A stretch of DNA of 64,000 nucleotides, from contig RBZT01000546.1 in the NCBI GenBank assembly GCA_003693705.1, positions 186,001 to 250,000 of the forward strand, given 5' to 3'. A program made the position numbers and the translations under genes. Source of the DNA: Polymyxa betae A26-41. Lineage: Eukaryota > Protista > Endomyxa: Phytomyxea. A model generated the notes under the pieces. The model was not told where the DNA came from. It did not search any database and was given only the letters and a program-made list of their open reading frames with translations. Of this stretch, positions 11,298-25,242 are shown in pieces. Every line of letters begins with the position of its first letter. Position 1 is the stretch's first letter.

Positions 11298-12583
11298 ATG
11301 CCATCTCACTCTCATGTCTATTTTGATTGTGCGTTCAGTGATGATGGAGCTCTGCTGGCAGCCGCTCATAGCCAATCACTGATATCCGTCTGGAGAACAG
11401 ATAGCATTCTTGTTAGTGTGGCATCTTCGGTGCTGATCTAGTTTTGCGGCCGAGTCTGATTTTGGTTCATAGGATGCTTCTGATCGTCAATCAGATCCAT
11501 TACAGTTATGTGCATTTTGGTGTCTCCTGTTCTGCTCGTTAACGGTGCTGTACTATAGACGCTGTCATTGTAAACCGCAAATCAAATTGAATGCATCTGC
11601 TGGGCCTATATACTCGGTTCTATTCGCCGATCAGCTTTTAATCAGGTTTTTGATTAGCCGTATGATCTCACATATCGAGACTTATTTGCTGTTTCAGTGC
11701 AGCTGATTTGAATATACATGTTTGGGATCTTTCGTGCCAGGATCCAAGATCAGTTTTAACAAATCCTCGATTAGGATCACGATTGGGTGATCAGGCTGTA
11801 GTGGCCGAATCAAATGGGTTGGCTTATTGCTGTGACACCAAGGCTCTATATTCAGCTTCTGGCGATGGGGTCGCCTATCAGTGGGATCTTACAACGGGAT
11901 CTGTATGTTCGCCATCATTCTGTGTAGCTTTCATGAAAGTTTTGCTTAGATCACGAACAAATTTCAGGGGCATACAGACTATCTGCATTGCGTCTGTTTA
12001 GGTCCTCGACCTCATACTATCTTAACTGGATCAGAAGATGGATCTGTTCGTTTATGGGATACGAGATCGACTGACAGTCATGTAATACATTGTTCAAAAA
12101 CGAAAGGTCCTCAAATCGTTATTGTTGTGATAGCTTCGGCGCTCAAAACGTTTTGTTTACAGATTGGATTGGCGCGATTCATTGTAAAGACGATATAGTT
12201 GTAGCTGGGTCTGGCCTGGGGTATATCTATACATATCATACTGGTTCGCAGTCTCTCTTGCAGACATTCAGAGCAGATGCTCCAGTGTTGTCTTTAGAGC
12301 GAAATGAATACGATATAATATCGGCTGGCCGTGAGCCATTTATTTCTACATGGAATTCTGAAGGGGCAAGGAAGGTCAGTTAGTGAGAGTCTCTGAATAT
12401 CATTCAATCGTCTAACGTTGTTTTCTGCAGCTGCAAATTAACACAACAGCTGAATCGATATACAGGGTAAAGATTAATCCAGATCGAAGCAACCGGTTGA
12501 TGATGGCGTGCTCTGGAGCTGAGAATATGCTATCACTGTTTACAGACCTCAGTTTACCCCCATCAGTGAGAATGGCGGTCTAA
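11298..12583 (+). CDS. THOC6: WD40 protein, THO complex subunit 6-like (multi-exon)
   Basis: AESNGLAY...LYSASGDGVAYQWDL...FQGHTDYLHCV...ILTGSEDGSVRLWDTR and WIGAI, all THOC6-like motifs. Stop at 12581-12583. Confidence 0.8.
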
Positions 12584-12627
12584 TCGTAAAACTATTTCCT
12601 CCTATTTATTATAAATTTGGTTTATTT

Positions 12628-14257
12628 TTACACAGTGACATTTTCCCAAGTTTCAGGCCTGGTCCAAAAGAAGTCATGTCGATCTCCATAATAAGAACGG
12701 AGGATTATGTCGATTAATTTCCCAACTCGCTTTTGACGTTGAGAAAAAGAACTGCTTCTGCCTGATTCACAACCTCCGATGAAGGAATAAACGAATCGGA
12801 GTTCATTTGTTGGGAGCGTTTCGCCTTTTTCTGGATCAGGGATTGCGATAATTTCATCATTAATAACAATTTTTGGAGCATCTTCCGAGAAGATTGGGAG
12901 TGTTATCCGACCAAGAGAACAGTCGATTGTCAAGCGATCTTCTTTGACACTAGAATTGAAATTAAAAGTAGCACAGCCGACAGCACCAGACCCGATATGG
13001 AAGTGAAATACAGCGGAATCTTCAAATGGGATCGCCCCCTCAACAACAGCTGATCGTTTTGCATACCCTTGAACATGATGTAACGGACCAAATACAAAGT
13101 CAAGAATCTCCAAGACAGGCGTTGCAGACCATTCAAATGGACTGCAATTTGATGGCAACACTTCATTTAGTTCCTTGCTTGGGATAGAGAATTGATACAA
13201 AATATTCCCGACACAACCCAAGTGGTACTTCTCAATTAGTTCGGCTATCAGTGATACCCTTGGGGAGAATGAGACAATGGGCCACAGTGAAGATATCACA
13301 GATGTAGAGTCGACCCGTTGGAGAGCGTAAGCGGAGGAGAAAATTCGATACGAATTAACCAGACAATGCTTGCCGCTCCGTAAAGCCAGCTTACAAAGTT
13401 CGATGCAATCAATGTCACTAGAGCATTCACCAATATAAACCGCATCGATGCTTGTGGATGTTATCAGCTCCGTTGCATTTGAGAATTCTTTCAACTTCTA
13501 GTCAGAATCGGTCATTTCTTCGAAGTTTACAATTAAACTAAAAACACCTTCACAGGTTTCGGCGATGACGAGCCGATAGCTCCAACAACCACACAAGCGT
13601 TTTTGACTGACAGAGCCTGGAGCATGTTTTCAGATAAGCCTCCAACGATTCCCCAACGGATCTGGCTGCCAAAAAGTGAGCAATTGTCAAAGAGCTCAAA
13701 CACTGTTCCAAACCTGCTAAGGTTGGCTAGAGAAGGCAGTGCAACAGCCGCTTTGTAATAATCTAAGATGTGATGCTCAATATCGGCAGCAGAATGATTC
13801 GAATCGGCAACAGGCTGGACGTTCGTTTCGACCGATTCCACAACTGGAGCGCTTTCTTCAACTGCAGCTTTTTCCGCTTCAGCAGCAGCAAGAATGGCAT
13901 TTCCTTCTTGCCGTAAAGCATTTACATGTGAGAAGTAATTATTCCAAAACTGCTGTTCAGTGAGGTTGGCAGAGACAAGTTTCTCAGCTTGAAGTGCTAG
14001 CTGGTTATCGAATTGAACCACAGCTTCAATTTCATCATAATGGTCGTCAAGAACAAACTCGGTTTGTTCTGCATCCTTATCTGCAGGTGTCAAAAATACA
14101 TCATCCGACTACAACCAAATCAGATCGCCGCCTAGTAGAATCAAATATCGCTAACCTGAGCGAGGTCGATGATGGCCTGCTCGATCTGCTTAGGATATCG
14201 TTTACCAGGTCCCGGTATCCATGGTGGCGAGATATCGCTTGACTGTCCCTGGCCCAT
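12628..14257 (-). CDS. Fusion protein: N-terminal MGQGQS + BSD domain + degenerate Gfo/Idh/MocA oxidoreductase
   Basis: Exon 1 reads MGQGQSSDISPPW...AIIDLAQ-SDDVFLTP. BSD core is KLVSANLTEQQFWNNYFSHV. The same frame continues into IRWGIVG, IDAVYIG, ALRSGKHCLV, DFVFGPL, EDSA and YYGDRHDFFWTRPETW. Confidence 0.75.
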
Positions 14258-14433
14258 CTAATAGACCTGTGGCTCACCAGTCTAATAAATAGAGAAATGA
14301 ACAGATCAATAGTAACATTATCCCATTGTGTATGTATAAGCCTGTTGTATCACGATATGCACCGAAATTTCCCTAAAATTGCGAAACCTTGATAAAAGTT
14401 CGCAGATATTTTTCGTTGACGGCGGATAGTTGA

Positions 14434-15314
<881 letters not shown>

Positions 15315-15412
15315 ATTGGCTTCAGATTCTACTTTCTCCAAATAAATCGGAATTCTTTTTGTGTAGAATCGTGCCAGAAATAACTCTGTATTAATCCGTG
15401 CAACTACCTCGT

Positions 15413-16054
15413 TTAGGAATCGTTTGCACGAAGTCCAATGTTGTGAATTGCTGAGCGTCGGCCTTTTGGCTTTGGTGTCGCCGAAAGACGCTGAACGATT
15501 TCACTTGCGGCCGCTACGACAAGCCAGGTATGCTTCCAATGAGTCGGGTTCAACAATGTTCTTACTGCCCTGGTTTCCTCTTCCGATGCAGTTGGGTTTT
15601 TCTCCAGCCATGCTTGACATCCCAATAGCAAATCGTTCTTCCATCGAGCTAACTGGTATGCAGCGACAATAGCCTTGAGCTGCTCGATGCTTAGCGATCG
15701 AACGATATGGTCATGGTAATCGTTGTATTCGTCTTCCAACGATCGTGTCATTGGCGCAGACAGATCTGGCGAAGGCAATCGCTCGATGGTTGGAGCAATT
15801 GGTTGCGGTTCAGCTTCTGATACTGAAGACGCCGATTCTGCTTCGGGCTGAGCCTTTAGAAATGGCGCTTCTAATGGGGAGATATCATCGGGAAACATGG
15901 CCAACGTCTCGAGATCGAGACTGAATTCTAAACCCTGATCGTGAACACGATGTTCAGTTGCGCCGACATCCAGCACTAGTTCGTCTTCAAATGTAGGAAG
16001 GCAGAGATATTCCATGCCACTAAAATCCATCGTAGTCCAGTCTTCTGGGTTCAT
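15413..16054 (-). CDS. Hypothetical protein, 213 aa
   Basis: Single ORF preceded by a splice-acceptor-like site. Acidic/Pro-rich N-half and helical C-half; no family recognised. Confidence 0.55.
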   Translation of the reverse strand: MNPEDWTTMDFSGMEYLCLPTFEDELVLDVGATEHRVHDQGLEFSLDLETLAMFPDDISPLEAPFLKAQPEAESASSVSEAEPQPIAPTIERLPSPDLSAPMTRSLEDEYNDYHDHIVRSLSIEQLKAIVAAYQLARWKNDLLLGCQAWLEKNPTASEEETRAVRTLLNPTHWKHTWLVVAAASEIVQRLSATPKPKGRRSAIHNIGLRANDS

Positions 16055-16250
16055 CGCGCTACCTGAAATATATTAAATTAAGTTAAATCGAAATAGAAGT
16101 TTGATGCTAAAATGGATGAGACGACTATTCGTTGTCAAATAAGTCAAGTTGAGTCATGTTCGACCAAAACTTCGCTTCGTGTGACTCATTATTGGACCGT
16201 AAAACATGTGGCAGTGAAATAGCTATGTTGTTTTATCCATCTTTGATTAA

Positions 16251-18692
16251 TCAGAAACGGGGTTCAAGATCTGATTCTTCACTTGGGTGAACCACCTCAC
16301 TGTTGCTGCCTGAGAATTCGGATAGCTGACCGAAGATGTCGTCGTCTTCGACGACATGAAATTCCTGATCTAATGAACTATAAGTGAACAAGACATCGAG
16401 AGATTTTGAACTTCAGACCATCAAAAGAGATTTGTGGCCAGACGTCGCTATCAAAAGGTGTAGATGAGGAAGAATTCATCAGATCGAACATTGCTTGAGT
16501 CTGGATATGATTGCTTTCAGACTCAAAATTCGATTCTCCAGACCTTCACAAAGGATAAACTCAACAGATTTCATCATCTATAATTTGCTTACACAATAAA
16601 CTCATCATCAACTGGCAGATTATGAGGTGAATTTTGACAATTCGACTTTTGGTCCAATTCGGGTTTAAATCCGCCTAATTGAACAGTGAGTTTTTCGTTC
16701 TCCACTGAAAGTCGATCATTGACGAAGTTCCTCCAGACAGCCGGATCTAATGGGAAGAATCAGAGATTGACCGATAAGAAATGTCAGCAAATCGAACCTG
16801 GATGAATCCATTCAATAATGTTAGGTTGATGTACACTGAAATCAACGATCAAATTGAGAATTCGCAATATGTGGCTAATATTGCTATATTGCGCCTTCCT
16901 TTGTTCTGCAAGTTTCTGATTCTCTTCATAAAGATCGATAGCCGTAGGGACAAACTTCCCTTGTTGAAGAAACTATGACAGGCATTGAGTATCATAGTCA
17001 CCATTGCAATAGGAATGACCACCTCCTGTATCAATGCTGGAGAGGTCTTTGGGTTCAATATGGCAACAGCGATATTTTCCGTTATAAAGTGTAAGATCGA
17101 ATTCCATTTGAATTCAAAAAAGTACGACAGCAGAACAGGAATGAAATGTGATTCCACCATCGTGCTCTGAACTTTCGGTATGCCTGTGCGTAACAAAGAC
17201 AGGGCCAGTTCGGCCAGTTTCAATCTGGCGGCTCCTGTACGAGTTGAAATCCATTCTGGCTTCCTGCAATGACCATCATTTACCTAAAGGCTGAATCTCT
17301 GCACCCATCGGCGAGGGAACAGGATCAGGGCGTGGACTGTTCATTCCCATTTCAAATATCGCCGGTAATTTTTCCAGAATAATCGTAATTGGGAAGGGAA
17401 TATCTTCAGCGAAGAGTTCATCTTCGAAATCTGATGAAAATTTGATTAATTCAGTAAAAAACGTTTCGTCAAAACAGACTCACCTTGGCTTATTATGGCC
17501 TGTCTTTGAACAATGACGGAAAGGACTCCCAATCCATTCTCAAAAGCCGATGCTGAACCAGAGATAACGTTATCGATGAGATTATTCAGCACAGCCGGGC
17601 TCGATAAATGGTTTACTGCAATATTCCCAATGAATATGATAATGCACATGATCAGAGAAACTGCTCACCTAAAAGTGATGTGGATGATGCTGGACATTTC
17701 AGGACCATATCAATAAGGGCATGCGATGCGTTAATATGCACCAGCTCGGAATATTCAGATTGGAACAGCTTCACTATGGCGGGCATGAATTTTAGGTCAA
17801 ATAGCCACTGTTTCTGATTTAATAAATCATCATGGTAAAACAAATCGATAATCTGACCTTCCTATCGTTTGTATTTTCAAGATTGCCATCATCCCAACCA
17901 ATCATAATCTGCTAGACATAAGCAACAACATATCACAATTACAGATAGCATACAATCACTTCCAAGATCGATGTATTATCAATCTGATTGATTAAAGCTG
18001 ATACAATCTGCAGGATATTCATGGCATTGACACGATTACCGAAACGAGATCTACCTCCGGATTTCGGCTTAGAAATTGAGCGATTTCTTGATACTTCTTC
18101 TGGATGAGAACAGCGACGACTTTTCGAAAGTGACCTGCTCGTCGATTATCCACCTAAAATCAAGCTGATTTGAACAACTTTGCATCAATGAACGAATGCA
18201 ATACGCGTTGATCGCCATTCAAGACCAGACTGAACAATTTGCTCATGGCGTCTTCTGAAGAGACAATCGCCTCGGTAATCTGGGGCACTTCGCAGGCTAC
18301 AACCTCTGATGCGACATAGGCAAACCTAAGTAGCTGTTAACGGCGGTAATCCGATGTTCGGTAAAGTGCCTGACCTTTCATCATCCGATTTCGGATCAGA
18401 GGAGCCGGAAACAATTAAGCTCACCAACCCCAATATTGTCTCAGGTTTGGATAAACTGAGCAATTGCAAACAATTACAAACAAAAATGGACATTGAAAAT
18501 CTAAATGCTTGATTACAATTCCAACAGGGTGGGGTTGGATGATCTGCATTCTTGCAAGATATCATTATCGGAAAGCAACGCTTGCAAATTGCATTGCGTC
18601 TCGTCATCAAGTATAGCCGCAATGGAGCTGGTCGATTGCGATCCGACAGTATCTGCCAGCCCCGAGGTCCAAAACGAACCCTGCAGATCCAT
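16251..18692 (-). CDS. PPP6R: SIT4/PP6 phosphatase-associated protein (SAPS family), multi-exon
   Basis: LQALLSDNDILQECRSSNPTLLE-LSKPETILGLV, FAYVASEVVACEV, RAGHFRKVV, GAARLKLAEL, FFEFKWNSILH, and an acidic tail ending TGA at 16251-16253. Confidence 0.85.
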
Positions 18693-19221
18693 AAACAGGC
18701 GGCGATGGGTGCTTACACCCGCCTATAATCAATGAAAATGATATACAGGAGAATGTGAGCTCAGATGGGACAATTAGCGACCCCAGATCAAGTAATAGAT
18801 AGACCCCAGAGGCCCCAGGCCACCTTAATACGTCCTCTCTCTCGATACAACTCCGATCATATCATCTTTTTGTCGGTGATGAAATGCATGCCATCATGGA
18901 AGCTGCTAATTCGGCTTCCTAGACAATCGTTTACTCAACTAAGCGGTGCTACACACGATGTGTCCCTGAGCCTGGAAACTTGAATCCGCCACCCAAGGGC
19001 AGAATTTTCTCCCGATTGATTACACATCGTACATATAAAACGTGTTTAATGCTTTGTGTAGTGAAAAACATCAAATATCTGTGTTTGACAATGGTAAAAT
19101 CTTTTTTGAAAAGATTACAGATTTTTGAAAAAAATTGTGAGGAGAGGCTGCGCATCCCATGTCTTGTTGCTGTATCATTGCACTACAGTATTTGAAATCA
19201 TAATCGCATTTGTCGTATTAG

Positions 19222-20478
19222 ATGGATATTCTTACAAAGGAGATCGCACAGAAACGTGCTGCCCTATTGCAGGCATCAGCAGATAAACCAAAGAAGTACA
19301 GGAGAAGGAGCGAATTAGAGTCGGCCCCAGAGCCTAAGCCTGACCCGGCACCTGAACAGCCTTCTGAAGAGCCAACCTCCTGCGATCATTCTAAACAACC
19401 ACCTAACGAATCAGCTGTAGATCAAGATGTCAACGAGTCGAAAGCGCTGCCATATACTCACGAAGAGATATGCAAGGCGTTGAGAGCATTTGCGGTTCCT
19501 ATCCTGTTTTTTGGTGAGACCCTCTCCGATCAGTTAACTCGGCTTCGAAAGCTACAGCTGGAGGTAATCCGTTATCGTCAGTTAACATTCAGCTAATTTA
19601 ATGATCAGGCTCACGATAGAGAACATGGTAGTGCCGCTGGCAAACATGATAATCTACAGCGAGCCATCGAGAAAGAAATCGAAAGCGAAATGGTATTATG
19701 AAAGCTTGTGCGCATAATCGAATGAAATATTGAGTGCTTTTTAGGTCGCTGCCCATGTTAAGAAGGATTTTAACCCAAACCACGATAATCATAAGGTTTG
19801 CTCATTTTAAAAATTTTTTATTGAATTTGATTTATCTAATATTCAAATAGTCCTCGAGCTTGGATAAATATAGAGAGCAAAAGACACGAGATCAGTTCGA
19901 CAACGTCGAAGACTATGTTCTGTACTTTTTCAAGGTAAACCCTGCAGCGTATGGATTTCGTAGATTGTTAATGAGCCTGTTGACAGCGGCTTCTCCTACT
20001 TTGGGAGCAGGAGCTGAAAGAGCGACCGGACGATGTTAAGCGTTCTGTAAAAGGAAAGAAAGCGGCCGCCACACAAAAGCAAACCCATCTCTATATTAAA
20101 CCTCTGTTCAAGCTGTTAAAGGCACGAGAGACCCCAACTGATATCCTCAATGATATCACTATTATTGTTGATATGGCTATTCAACGTGAATACGTTAAGG
20201 TGACCTATATTCTTTCCTAGTCTTGCTAACGGATTTATAATTTGTCAAAGGCAAACGACCATTACCTACGAATGTCAATCGGGAATGCCCCGTGGCCAAT
20301 GGGTGTTACTATGGTTGGTATTCACGAACGTAAAGGGCGCGAGAAGATCTTCTCTCAGTCAATCGCTCATGTCCTTAACGATGAGACGCAGAGGAAATAC
20401 ATCCAGAGCATAAAAAGGTTACTAACATATGGACAAACTATCCATCCAAATCCTTCTAATACCAAGAATGTTGGCTAA
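19222..20478 (+). CDS. PRP18: Pre-mRNA splicing factor Prp18 (with PRP4-like SFM motif), multi-exon
   Basis: [41 protein letters not shown] and [19 protein letters not shown]. Confidence 0.95.
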
Positions 20479-20553
20479 ACTATTGGCACATTGTTCTACC
20501 GAGAGCGATCTTCTCAGCGTACTTAGTTGATAGTTGAGTTGCATTCGGCAGCA

Positions 20554-23212
20554 ATGGACACGGACGACATGCATATGACCGTTAAGGACCTGAAAAGGTT
20601 CGAAAAAGAAAAGCAGTTCATGGCCAGTAAGATCGCTGATCTTGAGGCCCAACTTGAGTCAGGACGAATTAAGCTTGACGAATTCAGCGCCATGCAATCA
20701 GTCCATACACAGGAGCTAATCGATGCTAAACAGCAATTATCTGAAGCCGATAATCGCCTGAAACTCAATAAAGAAGTCGGTGCGAAATTCGAGCGGTTAG
20801 CGAAAGATCGCGAAATCCGCATCGACGAGCTCGAGAGAGAGATTCGAAAAGCCAATGAGACAATTCAGCAACACGAAGAGAAGATCGAGGCGTTAGAACT
20901 GCAATTAGAGCAGGTTGGATCTGGACGTCAGGACTTGATTGATCAGAACGCTCTGGTTAATAAGCTCAAGAAGCAGCTGATCCAGGCTATAGCTGCAGCT
21001 AGTCGCGAACAGAACGATGTTCAGAACGCTCTGCAAACCACAGCTATGATGCTGCAGGAGATTCGAATCGAGTATGAAAAATTCACAGAAACGAGCCGGG
21101 CCGAGTTCCACGAACATCTCGACGCCAAAGATTCCGAATTGGAGGCGTTGCGACAGCGGCTGGAACGTGGAAATCAGGTGCATTTTGAGAACGCTAAACA
21201 TATGCTATTAGAACAGAAAGAATTGGTTGATGCTTTGAAAAACCAGTTTGATGAATACAGGAGAACGGCAGAACATATATTTTTGACCGAGGCCAAGAAG
21301 ATGGAAGGAAAGCTGAGCGCTCAAAGTCTAAAGCATGAGCTTGAATTGAAATATACAATCAGAGCTAAAGATCTACATTTCCGACGAATGGTGGCCGCCA
21401 AAGATGCCAAGATCATGAATCTAATTGAAGGCACCGACCTGCAGGCGTTCTTGGTGAAGCATGAGATCGAACTGGATCATTTGCGACGACAGCACGAACG
21501 TGACCTGGAGATCGTGAAAGAGGAAGTGGAAGAGGCACAAACCAAACAATTCCAGCAGCTACAGAACAAGGTCGCTGTACAGGAGCTGGACATTGAGAAG
21601 GCGAATCAGAACGTCAAACATCTGGAGACGAAATTGGGCGAGACATTGGAGCTCGTGAAACAGTCTAAACAGGAGATGATCTCCAAAGATGCAGCTCATG
21701 TTGCTCAGATGAATGAAATGCAAGATCAGGTTTGTAGACTCAAACGGGTTTACTTCGGATGGATCGTGATTGTCTGTTCAGGTTCGATTATCGCAGCAAA
21801 TGGTTGACGATTTAACCCGGGCACATGAGACATTACGCCATCGTATCGTTCGCCTGAAACTGAAATTGAATGGAGAAGGTCGAGATGATCTTGGTTCACT
21901 TCTGAAGAGATTGACCACCGAGACACATCGATTGTATGTTCTCTGTAAATGTTCACAGAATCTGTCGAATTTACACACGATGCTGTAGATCTGGTTTGTT
22001 TGAGAATTTGTCAGCCAAGCAGAAGGCTACGAACGAGATGTGTGATAAACTAAGAGCAGAACGGGATCGATATCGAGAAATCACTGTTGCATTGAAACAT
22101 GACCTTCTCGAGCGACGAAAGAACATAGAAGCGCTGACCAAGGCGTTCGAGACTTCCCTGAACTCGAACCTGAGGCGACAAATGGGAACGAGATCCCGTC
22201 TTACAGAAATCAACCCAGATCAATTCATTACCAACGATGCTCAGGATGCAGTCAGTTCTGAATCGCTTCGAGTTTCAATATCTGATTGAGGATTTAGCAG
22301 GTCGTTGGAATGGAGCCGCCGGACGACATCCATCCGACCTTAATTCGTGAGAAGGACCATGAGCGCATTCTAGATCGACTTCGATGCCTAACGCATGGGA
22401 TCCCTACCCTGCAATCTGATCTAAGCACATCACCATCTATTGGGAAGTTCAACATAGTTGAAGTGCAGACCATGACCCGAGCTATGCCCTTTAGTGATTC
22501 TGTAGGTCGGGCTCTGGATATGACCCGACCTCTATATCAATATAGAGAACCACATCAGCTTAGTAGAATGGCTGAAGATCAGGTCCTAGTTAGACATCAC
22601 ACCATCGACGATATTCAGCTCGGATTGAAGCTGATTTCTCAATTCAAGGCATTAACCCGGCAATATAGGTTTGGAAGATTCTGTATTGAATTCTGGAATT
22701 CTGACGCAATGGTTTAGAAATCGTGATAACAACACCAGCTTGATCCGAATAGCTTCGGCGCCGAAATCCAAATCGACTGCCGAGCAGTCAAAATTAGATT
22801 CTGAAACGCATCAGACCGATCCAGATCAAGATAACCAGCTGTCATCGAGTATACTGGCAGATCGTGCTCTGTACAAGAAGGATGCAGATGAAGGACCCAC
22901 TCCAAGGGCATATCAGAGCCAGGATAAACAATGTGATAGTAATAGCTCGAATAAGCAACAGCCTGAACGATCTTATCTTTCCAGTCATGTGACCAAATTA
23001 GAATTCGATCAGGAGGTGAATTCTGCCCATCAGCAGCCTCGACTGAAGGTAATCTGCAGTTTTTGGGTTCTACGTTATCTATTGACAAGAGCCCAATATA
23101 GAGGCGATTTGATACTAAACGCAACGAGCAATCGAAATCGAGACCAAGGTCTCGGCCAAATATTCGAACTAATATTTTAGGACAGTCTATTAATAAAGGC
23201 AATGATAGGTAG
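20554..23212 (+). CDS. Long coiled-coil protein of unknown function, multi-exon
   Basis: 426-aa E/K/Q/L-rich ORF continued through GT-AG introns (~21730, ~21934, ~22251, ~22669, ~23050) to TAG at ~23210-23212. Confidence 0.7.
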
Positions 23213-23263
23213 CAGGGCAATACTTGTCAAAGTGATTTAATTGATGTACAGTGAAAGTTGAGT

Positions 23264-24929
23264 TTAACCATGAGAAACATGATGCGTGTTAAGCTTGTAG
23301 TTGCCAACCTGTCCTACCAGTTTCGTAATGAATTGTTCGGGCACTGGAATCTCGATTGGGTCGCTCTTAGCGGTCGGGCCTGGGACACGAATATTGACTT
23401 CGGAGATATTGGAAGTAACAATGCTGGGATCCCTGAAGACAGCTTAGACACTCCCCCATTCAGGACAAGCAACATACTTGTTGATGCATTCTTGAGACAG
23501 AATTAGTTGGCATCCGTGTGTCTTATCCACAGCAATGCTTGGAGACACACCTGTCATACCAACTTCTACCGATTGACAATTGACGACTTCAACAGTCGAT
23601 ACAACATCAGATAGCAAGAGACCCGTTTTCTTGCAGCTGTCCATACAGATGGCTTTAACTTTGGCACTGACATGGATTGTAGAACCTTCACATTTGTAAA
23701 TGTAAACAGTATGAGTCATAAGCACACCATCTGGTAGCTCGACTTTGGGGTTGTCTACGAAGTTCTCGACAAACCACTTTCCTTGGCTATGCGTGATACT
23801 GGGCGGTTTCTTTACCGGCGCTTTGGCAGCTTTTGATGATGCACCATGCGTTCCTTTCTTTTCGGTCGTGGTAACCAATCCAGAGCGATCTTCAGCAGGA
23901 CGATTCTTCGACTTCATGTCAGCGGTGACTTTGTTGAGGCTTTTGGTGATATTGGAGCCTTGGTTGATTTCAGCGAAAACAGCTGCCATCCCAGAAAGTT
24001 GTGGCGGTTCATCTGAATGAACAACCGGCTGGGCGGGAGGAGGCGGTGGCGGAGGGCAGCCAGCTGGTGGCGGAGGAGGGCATTGTGGAGCCGCAGGGGC
24101 GCCAGACTGCTTGAAATCTTTCAGATCTTTGCCTTTAGCATTCCATTCAAGTCCAGTTGTGTGGTGCGCTTTAATGTAAGACTGCAAAAGCAGTTAATGA
24201 AATGAGCGGTGAGGCATCCTGTTCTAACAACCTTCATTTCAGATAATGATGTTTTGATCTGTTTAACGAAGTTTTTGTGATCATCGTCGGGGAACTGGGT
24301 AAGAATTTTGTTCAGATAGAACATCGAGGCCTCTAGCTGGGTTTGAACATGGCCTTGAGGCGTAGAATGAGCAACTATCCATAAAAAAGCCTGAGCTGCT
24401 TCTGCAAATGCAGCCTGATGATTGTAGTACTGATAACATACATATTAATGGATAAACACGGAGTTGGATCCATTGATTACTTTGCTGCGGTTATCCTGAC
24501 CAGCATCTGCTTCTTGGACAACTTTTGACAGTGGTTCGATGAATTCTCTCAGTTTCGCATCATCTGGTTTCTTGCACTGTGATGCAGCCGAAACTGCAAT
24601 GCAGATAAAATCGAAACCACGTTTAGCAAGATCACCCTACTAATGGGTGAATGGTTTAACACCCCAATAAGCAAAAAAAGTACAATATTCCCAACGTCAC
24701 CGCCGATCTTTTTACAAGTGGCTAAAAACGGCTCGGCGTGTTCGCTGTAATAAGACTTATAAGCATTGACAGATGGCGACGCTGGGGCTGCATCCGCTTG
24801 AACTGCAGCTGGTGCAGCACTTCGAGTGGGCTTCGATTGCCCAGGTTCCGAAGATATGCGGGTCTCGAACTGCTCTAGGCGTTGAACGCAAGCCTCGAAT
24901 CGTTGCATGACAGCGTCAAATGTAGCCAT
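23264..24929 (-). CDS. CAP1: Adenylyl cyclase-associated protein (CAP/Srv2), multi-exon
   Basis: N-terminal RFEACVQRLE, MFYLNKIL, YIKAHHTTGLEWN, poly-Pro tract, WH2-like AVFAEINQGSNITKSLNKV, CARP beta-helix KWFVENF...VDKTHG, and EIPVPEQF. Confidence 0.95.
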
Positions 24930-25242
24930 GCCGATGTTGATATCAATGTGTTATGAGATAAGACGATGGAGATCTCACCCCCTCAAGGACTATAAATATC
25001 TACTTGATCAGTGCACGTGCAACATAAACAACTGTCATGATGAGAGGCCGCCACCACTCTGCTTTACTCTCACTCAGCTCTTTGCAATTTTCTCTTTGCA
25101 GATCTGTTTGCATTTTCTGTTAAGCATCAACAATCGATAATGTATACATTAATGGCCGAGAAGGATCAGTAAGCAAAATTTTTGAAAATTTGTTCTCGTT
25201 CGATGGACTGTACTCGTGATCCTCAGAGAGGCACTTGAATTC

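Noticed and set aside
15458-15471. TCGGCCTTTTGGCT matches the 5' stem of U2 snRNA
   Set aside because: The following AAGATCAAGTGTAGTA branch-pairing sequence is absent, and the match is simply the antisense of the codons for KPKGR in the 15413-16054 ORF.
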